Assembly (NCBI GenBank): GCA_009914755.4 | Contig: CP086569.2 | Location: 29,856,001 to 29,920,000, forward strand | Direction: 5' to 3' | Origin: the human T2T-CHM13v2.0 reference genome, Homo sapiens | DNA length: 64,000 bases | Part shown: piece by piece, positions 1 through 10,660 of the stretch | How the letters are laid out: each line of letters begins with the position of its first letter | Position numbering within the stretch: the first letter of the stretch is position 1 | Notes under the pieces: generated by a model | Told to the model about the DNA's origin: nothing | What the model saw: the letters and a program-made list of their open reading frames with translations, nothing else | Databases searched by the model: none | Made by a program: the position numbers and the translations under genes

Positions 1-633
1 ACGGTCTCGAATGGAATAAAAATGTATGGAATGGAATGCAATGAAACGGAATCGAATGTCATAGAATGTAATGGAATGCAAAAAAATGGAATCCAAAATC
101 ATTGACTGGAAAGGCTGGGTGTCGAAAGGAATTGACTGCAATGGAATGGAATCGAATGGAATGGAAATGAATAGAATCGAACTAAATCGAATGGAATGGA
201 ATTGATAGGAACGGAATGGAAAGGAATGCAATGATTTGGCATGGAATGGAATCGAATGGCATCGAATGGAATGGAATGGAATGCAATGGAATGGAATGTA
301 TTAGAATGTAATGAACATTAGTGGAATGTACTCGAATGGATTCGACTGGAATGGAATGTTCTGGAAGTCAATGGACTCCAATGGAATGGATTCAAAAGGA
401 ATGGAATCGAACGGAATGGAATCTAATGGAATGGAATTAAATGGAAATGAATCAAATTGAATAGCACGGAATTGAATTGAATGGAATCGAATGCAATGGA
501 ATCTAATGAAACGGAAAGGAAAGAATGGAATGGAATAGAATGGGCTGGAATGGAAAGGAATCGAAACGAATGGAATGGAATCGAACTGAGGAGACTGGAA
601 TGGAATGCACTGGAATGGAAGGGAGTGTAATGG

Positions 634-646
634 AAGGTTCTCGAAA
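634..646 (+). promoter_or_regulatory. Canonical trimeric heat-shock-element motif GAAggTTCtcGAA (nGAAnnTTCnnGAAn), site HSE-A; recurs once in every HOR copy
   Basis: Exact match to the HSF consensus. The same 13-mer is seen at 4161-4173, 7720-7732 and at the equivalent offset in all other copies. Confidence 0.35.
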
Positions 647-3504
647 AAAATGGAATCGAATGGAATGGAATTGAATGGAACGGAATAGAGTCGAATGGAA
701 TTGAATGGAATGGAATGGACTAGAGTGAAATGGAATCGAACCACAAGGAATGGACAGGAATAGAATGGTCTCGAATTGAATGGAATCGTATGGAATGGCA
801 TCAAACGGAATGGAATGGACAGCCACGGAGTGGAATGCACTCGAATGCAATGGAGTCGAAACTAATGGACTGGAATAGAATGGACTCGACTGGTACGGAC
901 TCCAATGGAATGGAATCGAAAGGAAGGGAATCGAACGGAATGGACTCGAAGGGAAAAGACTGCAATGGAAAGGTCTCGAATGGAATGGAAATTAATGGAA
1001 TGGAATGGAATCGAATGAAATGGAGTCAAAAGGAATGGAATCGAATGGCAAGAAATCGAATGTAATGGAATCGCAAGGAATTGATGTGAACGGAACGGAA
1101 TGGAATGGTATCCAAAGGAATGGAATAGAATGGAATGGAATCGAATGGAAAGGACTCGAATGGAAATCACTCGAATAGAATGCAATTTAATAAAATAGGA
1201 TCAAATGTAATAGAATGGAATGGAAAGGAATCGAATCGGAAGGAATGGAGACAGATGGAATGGAATGGAACAGAGAGCAATGGTATAGAATGGAATGGAA
1301 TCATCTGTAATGGAATTGAATGGAATGGAATAATATGAAATGGAATGGAATGGAATGGAATGGAATGCCCTTGAATTAAATGGACTGGACTCGAAGAGAG
1401 TGGAATGGAAAGTGTTGAGATAGAATGGAATGGACTCCTTTGGAATGGTGTAGTATGCAATGCAATCGACTGGCAGGGAATCAAAAGGAATGTAATCGAA
1501 TGGATTGGACTGGAATGCAATGGACTCGAATAGATTGGAAACGGAATGCAAAGGAATGGAATGGAATAGTATGGAATGCAATGGAAGGGAATGGAGTGGA
1601 ATAGACTAGAGTGGAATGGAATGGACTGGAAAGCAATGGACTGGAATGGAACTTTCTTGGATGGATTGGAATCACACGGAATGGAATGCAATGCAATCAA
1701 ATGGCATGGAATAAAATAGAATGAAAGAGAATCAAATGGAATTGAATCGAATGGAATCGAATGGATTGGAAAGGAATAGAATCGAATGGAATGGAATTGA
1801 CTCAAATGGAATGGACTAGAATGGAATGGATTCGAATGGAAGGCAAAGGAATGGAATCTATTGGAATGGACTGTAATGGAATGGAATGGAAGGGATTGGA
1901 ATGGACTCGAATGGAATGGACTGCAATAGAAAGGATTGGAATGGAATGAAAAAGAATTGAATGGAATAGAACAGAATGGAATCAAATCGAATGAAATGGA
2001 ATGGAATAGAAAGGAATGGAATGAAATGGAATGGAAAGGATTCGAATGGAATGCAATCGAATGGAATGGAATCGAACGGAATGGAATAAAATGGAAGAAA
2101 ACTGGCAAGAAATGGAATCGAAATGAATGGAGTGTTATGGAACGGACTCAAAAGGAATTGAATGTAATAGAATGGAGTGGAGTGGACTCGAATATAATGG
2201 ACTGGAATGGAATGAAATCACATGGAATGGGAACGAATGGAATGGAATGGAAAGGAATGGAATCGAATGGAAAGGAATCGAATGGAAGGGAATGAAATTG
2301 AATCAACAGGAATGGAAGGGAATAGAATAGACGGTAATGGAATGGACTCGAATAGAATGGACACGAATGCTCAAATTGAATGGACTCGAATGGAATGGAA
2401 ACGAAAGGAATGTCATCGAATGGAATTGAATCGATTGGAATGAAATCGCATAGAATGGAGTGGAATCAAATGGAATTGAATCGAAAGGAAAGGAAGCGAA
2501 TGGACTGAAATGAAATGGAATGGAATTGAATGGAAAGTAATGCAATGGAATAGAATGGAACGAAATTTCACGGAATGGAATCAAACTGAATGGAATCAAA
2601 TCAATGGAATCAAATCAAATGGAATGGAAAGGAATTGAATGGAGTAGATTGGATTGGATGGGATTGGAATGAAATGTACTGGAAAGGACTCGAATTTCAT
2701 GAAACGGAATGGAATGAATTGGAACGGAATGGACTCGAATGGAATGGAATGTCATGGAATGGCATCAAATGGAATGGAATCGAATGCAATGGAATGCTAT
2801 GGAATGGAATGGAATGCATTGGAATGGAATGTCCTCTAATGGAATGGATTCGAGTGGAATGGAATCGAATATAATGGAGTCGAATGAAATGGAATTGAAA
2901 GGAATGGGATCGAATACAATGGAATATACTGGAATGTAACGTAATGTACTCGAATGTAATTGACTGGAATGGAATGTACATGAATGGAATGTAATCGAAT
3001 GGAAAGTAATCCAATGGAATAGAATCTAATGCAATAAAATCGACTCAGATAGAGTAGAATGTAATGGAATGGAGTGCAGTGCAATGGAATGGAATGGAAT
3101 GGAATGCAATGGAATGGAATGGAATGGAATGGAATGGAATGGAATGGAATGGTATGGAATGGATAGTAACGGACTGGAGTGAAATGGACTGGAAAGGAAT
3201 GGACTCAAATTGAAAGGTCTCGAAAGGAATGGAGTCAAATGGAATGGTCTGGAATGGAATGAACACGAATGTAATGCAACCCAATAGAATGGAATCGAAT
3301 GGCATGGAATATAAAGAAATGGAATCGAAGAGAATGGAAACAAATGGAATGGAATTGAATGGAATGGAAATGAATGGAATGGGAACGAATGGAGTGAAAT
3401 TGTATGCAGTAGAATAGAATAGAATGGAATTCAAGCGAAAGGAAAGGAATGGATTGGAATGGAATGGAATTCATTGGAATGTAAGGGAATGTAGTGTAAT
3501 GGAC

Positions 3505-3510
3505 AGGCCT
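3505..3510. other. AGGCCT (StuI; contains HaeIII GGCC), the single GGCC per HOR, recurring at ~3.55 kb spacing
   Basis: ggacaggcctggaataaag recurs about 20 bp upstream of every anchor. No other GGCC occurs in a unit except the copy-16 variant at 53718-53721. Confidence 0.85.
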
Positions 3511-4449
3511 GGAATAAAGTGGAATGCTACGGTCTCGAATGGAATAAAAATGTATGGAATGGAATGCAATGAAACGGAATCGAATGTCATAGAATGTAAT
3601 GGAATGCAAAAAAATGGAATCCAAAATCATTGACTGGAAAGGCTGGGTGTCGAAAGGAATTGACTCCAATGGAATGGAATCGAATGGAATGGAAGTGAAT
3701 ATAATCGAACTAAATCGAATGGAATGGAATTGATAGGAACGGAATGGAAAGGAATGCAATGATTTGGCATGGAATGGAATCGAATGGCATCGAATGGAAT
3801 GGAATGGAATGCAATGGAATGGAATGTATTAGAATGTAATGAACTTTAATGGAATGTACTCGAATGGATTCGACTGGAATGGAATGTTCTGGAAGTGAAT
3901 GGACTCCAATGGAATGGATTCCAAAGGAATGGAATCGTACGGAATGGAATCTAATGGATGGAATTAAATGGAAATGAATCAAATTGAATAGCACGGAATT
4001 GAATTGAATGGAATGGAATGCAATGGAATCTAATGAAACGGAAAGGAAAGGAATGGAATGGAATGGAATGGGCTGGAATGGAAAGGAATCGAAACGAATG
4101 GAATGGAATCGAACTGAAGAGACTGGAATGGAATGCACTGGAATGGAAGGGAGTGTAATGGAAGGTTCTCGAAAAAAATGGAATCGAATGGAATGGAATT
4201 GAATGGAACGGAATAGAGTCGAATGGAATTGAATGGAATGGAATGGACTAGAGTGAAATGGAATCGAACCACAAGGAATGGACAGGAATAGAATGGTCTC
4301 GAATTGAATGGAATCGTATGGAATGGCATCAAACGGAATGGAATGGACAGCCACGGAATGGAATCCACTCGAATGCAATGGAGTCGAAACTAATGGACTG
4401 GAATAGAATGGACTCGACTGGTACGGACTCCAATGGAATGGAATCGAAT

Positions 4450-4479
4450 GGAAGGGAATCGAACGGAAGGGAATCGAAC
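4450..4479 (+). repeat. 15-bp tandem duplication (ggaagggaatcgaac x2) that is an indel polymorphism between HOR copies
   Basis: Two copies are present in HOR copies 2, 3, 4, 5 and 17. All other copies have one (for example 18719-18733). Confidence 0.85.
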
Positions 4480-5201
4480 GGAATGGACTCGAAGGGAAAA
4501 GACTGCAATGGAAATGTCTCGAATGGAATGGAAATTAATGGAATGGAATGGAATCGAATGAAATGGAGTCAAAAGGAATGGAATCGAATGGCAAGAAATC
4601 GAATGTAATGGAATCGCCAGGAATTGATGTGAACGGAACGGAATGGAATGGAATCCAAAGGAATGGAATAGAATGGAATGGAATCGAATGGAAAGGACTC
4701 GAATGGAAATCACTCGAATAGAATGCAATTTAATAAAATAGGATCAAATGTAATGGAATGGAATGGAAAGGAATCGAAACGAAAGGAATGGAGACAGATG
4801 GAATGGAATGGAACAGAGAGCAATGGTATAGAATGGAATGGAATCATCTGGAATGGAATTGAATGGAATGGAATAATATGAAATGGAATGGAATGGAATG
4901 GAATGGAATGCCCTTGAATTAAATGGACTGGAATGGAATGGACTCAAACAGAGTGGAATGGAAAGTGTGGAGATAGAATGGAATGAACTCCTTTGGAATG
5001 GTGTAGTATGCAATGCAATCGACTGGCAGGGAATCAAAAGGAATGTAATCGAATGGATTGGACTGCAATGCAATGGACTCGAATAGATTGGAAACGGAAT
5101 GCAAAGGAATGGAATGGAATAGTACGGAATGCAATGGAAGGGAATGGAGTGGAATAGACTAGAGTGGAATGGAATGGACTGGAAAGCAATGGACTGGAAT
5201 G

Positions 5202-5214
5202 GAACTTTCTTGAA
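5202..5214 (+). promoter_or_regulatory. Second canonical heat-shock-element motif GAActTTCttGAA, site HSE-B; present in most HOR copies with spacer variants
   Basis: Perfect nGAAnnTTCnnGAAn match. Variants GAAcaTTCttGAA (19447-19459) and GAAcaTTCtaGAA (26525-26537) keep all three triplets. Copies 1, 5, 9 and 17 have the third triplet decayed to GGA (for example 1649-1661). Confidence 0.3.
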
Positions 5215-7086
5215 TGGACTGGAATCAAACGGAATGGAATGCAATGCAATCAAATGGCATGGAATAAAATAGAATGAAAGAGAATCAAATGGAATTGAAT
5301 CGAATGGAATCGAATGGATTGGAAAGGAATAGAATGGAATGGAATGGAATGGACTAGAATGGAATGGATTCGAATGGAAGGCAAAGGAATGGAATCTATT
5401 GGAATGGACTGTAATGGAATGGAATGGAAGGGATTGGAATGGACTCGAATGGAATGGACTGCAATAGAAAGGATTCGAATGGAATGAAAAAGAATTGAAT
5501 GGAATAGAACAGAATGGAATCAAATCGAATGAAATGGAATGGAATAGAAAGGAATGGAATGAAATGGAATGGAAAGGATTCGAATGGAATGCAATCGAAT
5601 GGAATGGAATCGAACGGAATGGAATAAAATGGAAGAAAACTGGCAAGAAATGGAATCGAAATGAATGGAGTGTTATGGAACGGACTCAAAAGGAATTGAA
5701 TGTAATAGAATGGAGTGGAGTGGACTCGAATATAATGGACTGGAATGGAATGAAATCACATGGAATGGGAACGAATGGAATGGAATGGAAAGGAATGGAA
5801 TCGAATGGAAAGGAATCGAATGGAAGGGAATGAAATTGAATCAACACGAATGGAAGGGAATAGAATAGACTGTAATGGAATGGACTCGAATAGAATGGAC
5901 ACGAATGCTCAAATTAAATGGACTCGAATGGAATGGAAACGAAAGGAATGTCATCGAATGGAATTGAATCGATTGGAATGAAATCGCATAGAATGGAGTG
6001 GAATCAAAAGGAATTGAATCGAAAGGAAAGGAAGCGAATGGACTGAAATGAAATGGAATGGAATTGAATGGAAAGTAATGCAATGGAATAGAATGGAACG
6101 AAATTTCACGGAATGGAATCAAACTGAATGGAATCAAATCAATGGAATCAAATCAAATGGAATGGAAAGGAATTGAATGGAGTAGATGGGATTGGATGGG
6201 ATTGGAATGAAATGTACTGGAAAGGACTCGAATTTCATGAAACGGAATGGAATGAATTGGAACGGAATGGACTCGAATGGAATGGAATGTCATGGGATGG
6301 CATCAAATGGAATGGCATCAAATGGAATGGAATCGAATGCAATGGAATGCTATGGAATGGAATGGAATGCATTGGAATGGAATGTCCTCTAATGGAATGG
6401 ATTCGAGTGGAATGGAATTGAATATAATGGAGTCGAATGAAATGGAATTGAAATGAATGGGATCGAATACAATGGAACATACTGGAATGTAATGTAATGA
6501 ACTCGAATGTAATTGACTGGAATGGAATGTACATGAATGGAATGTAATCGAATGGAAAGTAATCCAATGGAATAGAATCTAATGCAATAAAATCGACTCA
6601 GATAGAGTAGAATGTAATGGAATGGAGTGCAGTGCAATGGAATGGAATGGAATGGAATGCAATGGAATGGAATGGAATGGAATGGAATGGAATGGAATGG
6701 GATGGAATGGTATGGAATGGATAGTAATGGACTGGAGTGAAATGGACTGGAAAGGAATGGACTCAAATTGAAAGGGCTCGAAAGGAATGGAGTCAAATGG
6801 AATGGTCTGGAATGGAATGAACACGAATGTAATGCAACCCAATAGAATGGAATCGAATGGCATGGAATATAAAGAAATGGAATCGAAGAGAATGGAAACA
6901 AATGGAATGGAATTGAATGGAATGGAATTGAATGGAATGGGAACGAATGGAGTGAAATTGTATGCAGTAGAAGGGAATAGAATGGAATGCAAGCGAAAGG
7001 AAAGGAATGGATTGGAATGGAATGGAATTCATTGGAATGGAAGGGAATGTAGTGTAATGGACAGGCCTGGAATAAAGTGGAATGCT

Positions 7087-10000
7087 ACGGTCTCGAATGG
7101 AATAAAAATGTATGGAATGGAATGCAATGAAACGGAATCGAATGTCATAGAATGTAATGGAATGCAAAAAAATGGAATCCAAAATCATTGACTGGAAAGG
7201 CTGGGTGTCGAAAGGAATTGACTCCAATGGAATGGAATCGAATGGAATGGAAGTGAATAGAATCGAACTAAATCGAATGGAATGGAATTGATAGGAACGG
7301 AATGGAAAGGAATGCAATGATTTGGCATGGAATGGAATCGAATGGCATCGAATGGAATGGAATGGAATGCAATGGAATGGAATGTATTAGAATGTAATGA
7401 ACTTTAATGGAATGTACTCGAATGGATTCGACTGGAATGGAATGTTCTGGAAGTGAATGGACTCCAATGGAATGGATTCAAAAGGAATGGAATCGTACGG
7501 AATGGAATCTAATGGAATGGAATTAAATGGAAATGAATCAAATTGAATAGCACGGAATTGAATTGAATGGAATGGAATGCAATGGAATCTAATGAAACGG
7601 AAAGGAAAGGAATGGAATGGAATGGAATGGGCTGGAATGGAAAGGAATCGAAACGAATGGAATGGAATCGAACTGAAGAGACTGGAATGGAATGCACTGG
7701 AATGGAAGGGAGTGTAATGGAAGGTTCTCGAAAAAAATGGAATCGAATGGAATGGAATTGAATGGAACGGAATAGAGTCGAATGGAATTGAATGGAATGG
7801 AATGGACTAGAGTGAAATGGAATCGAACCACAAGGAATGGACAGGAATAGAATGGTCTCGAATTGAATGGAATCGTATGGAATGGCATCAAACGGAATGG
7901 AATGGACAGCCACGGAATGGAATGCACTCGAATGCAATGGAGTGGAAACTAATGGACTGGAATAGAATGGACTCGACTGGTACGGACTCCAATGGAATGG
8001 AATCGAATGGAAGGGAATCGAACGGAAGGGAATCGAACGGAATGGACTCGAAGGGAAAAGACTGCAATGGAAAGGTCTCGAATGGAATGGAAATTAATGG
8101 AATGGAATGGAATCGAATGAAATGGAGTCAAAAGGAATGGAATCGAATGGCAAGAAATCGAATGTAATGGAATCGCCAGGAATTGATGTGAACGGAACGG
8201 AATGGAATGGAATCCAAAGGAATGGAATAGAATGGAATGGAATCGAATGGAAAGGACTCGAATGGAAATCACTCGAATAGAATGCAATTTAATAAAATAG
8301 GATCAAATGTAATGGAATGGAATGGAAAGGAATCGAAACGAAAGGAATGGAGACAGATGGAATGGAATGGAACAGAGAGCAATGGTATAGAATGGAATGG
8401 AATCATCTGGAATGGAATTGAATGGAATGGAATAATATGAAATGGAATGGAATGGAATGGAATGGAATGCCCTTGAATTAAATGGACTGGACTCGAACAG
8501 AGTGGAATGGAAAGTGTTGAGATAGAATGGAATGGACTCCTTTGGAATGGTCTAGTATGCAATGCAATCGACTGGCAGGGAATCAAAAGGAATGTAATCG
8601 AATGGATTGGACTGGAATGCAATGGACTCGAATAGATTGGAAACGGAATGCAAAGGAATGGAATGGAATAGTATGGAATGCAATGGAAGGGAATGGAGTG
8701 GAATAGACTAGAGTGGAATGGAATGGACTGGAAAGCAATGGACTGGAATGGAACTTTCTTGAATGGACTGGAATCAAACGGAATGGAATGCAATGCAATC
8801 AAATGGCATGGAATAAAATAGAATGAAAGAGAATCAAATGGAATTGAATCGAATGGAATCGAATGGATTGGAAAGGAATAGAATGGAATGGAATGGAATT
8901 GACTCAAATGGAATGGACTAGAATGGAATGGATTCGAATGGAAGGCAAAGGAATGGAATCTATTGGAATGGACTGTAATGGAATGGAATGGAAGGGATTG
9001 GAATGGACTCGAATGGAATGGACTGCAATAGAAAGGATTCGAATGGAATGAAAAAGAATTGAATGGAATAGAACAGAATGGAATCAAATCGAATGAAATG
9101 GAATGGAATAGAAAGGAATGGAATGAAATGGAATGGAAAGGATTCGAATGGAATGCAATCGAATGGAATGGAATCGAACGGAATGGAATAAAATGGAAGA
9201 AAACTGGCAAGAAATGGAATCGAAATGAATGGAGTGTTATGGAACGGACTCAAAAGGAATTGAATGTAATAGAATGGAGTGGAGTGGACTCGAATATAAT
9301 GGACTGGAATGGAATGAAATCACATGGAATGGGAACGAATGGAATGGAATGGAAAGGAATGGAATCGAATGGAAAGGAATCGAATGGAAGGGAATGAAAT
9401 TGAATCAACAGGAATGGGAGGGAATAGAATAGACTGTAATGGAATGGACTCGAATAGAATGTACACGAATCCTCAAATTAAATGGACTCGAATGGAATGG
9501 AAACGAAAGGAATGTCATCGAATGGAATTGAATCGATTGGAATGAAATCGCATAGAATGGAGTGGAATCAAATGGAATTGAATCGAAAGGAAAGGAAGCG
9601 AATGGACTGAAATGAAATGGAATGGAATTGAATGGAAAGTAATGCAATGGAATAGAATGGAACGAAATTTCACGGAACGGAATCAAACTGAATTAAATCA
9701 AATCAATGGAATCAAATCAAATGGAATGGAAAGGAATTGAATGGAGTAGATGGGATTGGATGGGATTGGAATGAAATGTACTGGAAAGGACTCGAATTTC
9801 ATGAAACGGAATGGAATGAATTGGAACGGAATGGACTCGAATGGAATGGAATGTCATGGAATGGCATCAAATGGAATGGCATCAAATGGAATGGAATCGA
9901 ATGCAATGGAATGCTATGGAATGGAATGGAATGCATTGGAATGGAATGTCCTCTAATGGAATGGATTCGAGTGGAATGGAATTGAATATAATGGAGTCGA

Positions 10001-10660
10001 AAGAAATGGAATTGAAAGGAATGGGATCGAATACAATGGAATATATTGGAATGTAACGTAATGAACTCGAATGTAATTGACTGGAATGGAATGTACATGA
10101 ATGGAATGTGATCGAATGGAAAGTAGTCCAATGGAATAGAATCTAATGCAATAAAATCGACTCAGATAGAGTAGAATGTAATGGAATGGAGTGCAGTGCA
10201 ATGGAATGGAATGGAATGGAATGCAATGGAATGGAATGGAATGGAATGGAATGGAATGGAATGGAATGGAATGGGATGGAATGGTATGGAATGGATAGTA
10301 ATGGACTGGAGTGAAATGGACTGGAAAGGAATGGACTCAAATTGAAAGGGCTCGAAAGGAATGGAGTCAAATGGAATGGTCTGGAATGGAATGAACACGA
10401 ATGTAATGCAACCCAATAGAATGGAATCGAATGGCATGGAATATAAAGAAATGGAATCGAAGAGAATGGAAACAAATGGAATGGAATTGAATGGAATGGA
10501 ATTGAATGGAATGGGAACGAATGGAGTGAAATTGTATGCAGTAGAAGGGAATAGAATGGAATGCAAGCGAAAGGAAAGGAATGGATTGGAATGGAATGGA
10601 ATTCATTGGAATGGAAGGGAATGTAGTGTAATGGACAGGCCTGGAATAAAGTGGAATGCT
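7087..10660 (+). repeat. HOR copy 3 (3574 bp); carries the 15-bp duplication but not the 10-bp insertion
   Basis: Anchor spacing. Duplicated ggaagggaatcgaac at ~8009-8038. Confidence 0.9.

Larger units (their letters stand above)
1..3528 (+). repeat. HOR copy 1 (3528 bp), starting at an arbitrary anchor; carries several private variants and lacks the 15-bp duplication
   Basis: Anchor-to-anchor spacing. Private changes include gactgcaatgg (~131-141), ggaagtcaatgg, aacattagtgg and cgaaaggaaggg. The HSE-B site has decayed to ...ttgga. Confidence 0.9.
3529..7086 (+). repeat. HOR copy 2 (3558 bp); haplotype with a 15-bp tandem duplication and a 10-bp aatggaatgg insertion (ctcaaacag variant)
   Basis: Tandem duplication ggaagggaatcgaac x2 at 4450-4479. 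The insertion variant sits at ~4921-4950. Confidence 0.9.

Noticed and set aside
730-1065. Plus-strand ORFs of 60-137 aa (MEWNG/MESNG-rich) repeated at 3.55 kb spacing
   Set aside because: Same artefact on the other strand: GGAATGGAAT reads as ...G M E W N... with ATG every 5-10 bp and no stop codons. Not coding.
1167-2108. A 313-aa minus-strand ORF, and the other long minus-strand ORFs of up to ~305 aa recurring in each HOR copy (for example 4744-5646, 8269-9210, 15426-16367, 22504-23445)
   Set aside because: They translate ATTCC repeats in a stop-free frame and give low-complexity IPFHSIPF... peptides. They recur only because the DNA is a tandem repeat, and their length changes with frameshifting indels between copies. 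There is no start-codon context, domain or codon-usage signal, so this is a satellite and not a gene.
2690-2710. gaatttcatgaaa (cGAAttTCAtGAAa) as a further heat-shock element
   Set aside because: The middle triplet is TCA with the wrong spacing. It fits only a degenerate HSE, so I do not count it with the two canonical sites.
3270-3290. gcaacccaatagaatgg as the classical HSat3 10-mer (CAACCCGAGT / ACTCGGGTTG)
   Set aside because: It is only a partial resemblance (caaccc-aata against caacccgagt). I found no exact 10-mer anywhere in the window, so the array is the pure-pentamer HSat3 subtype.
3601-3620. Short A-runs (gcaaaaaaatggaatcc) that could be poly-A tails of retroelements
   Set aside because: Each A7-8 run sits at the same offset in every HOR copy and is flanked by satellite on both sides. 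There is no Alu or L1 body and no target-site duplication. I found no transposon insertion in the window.
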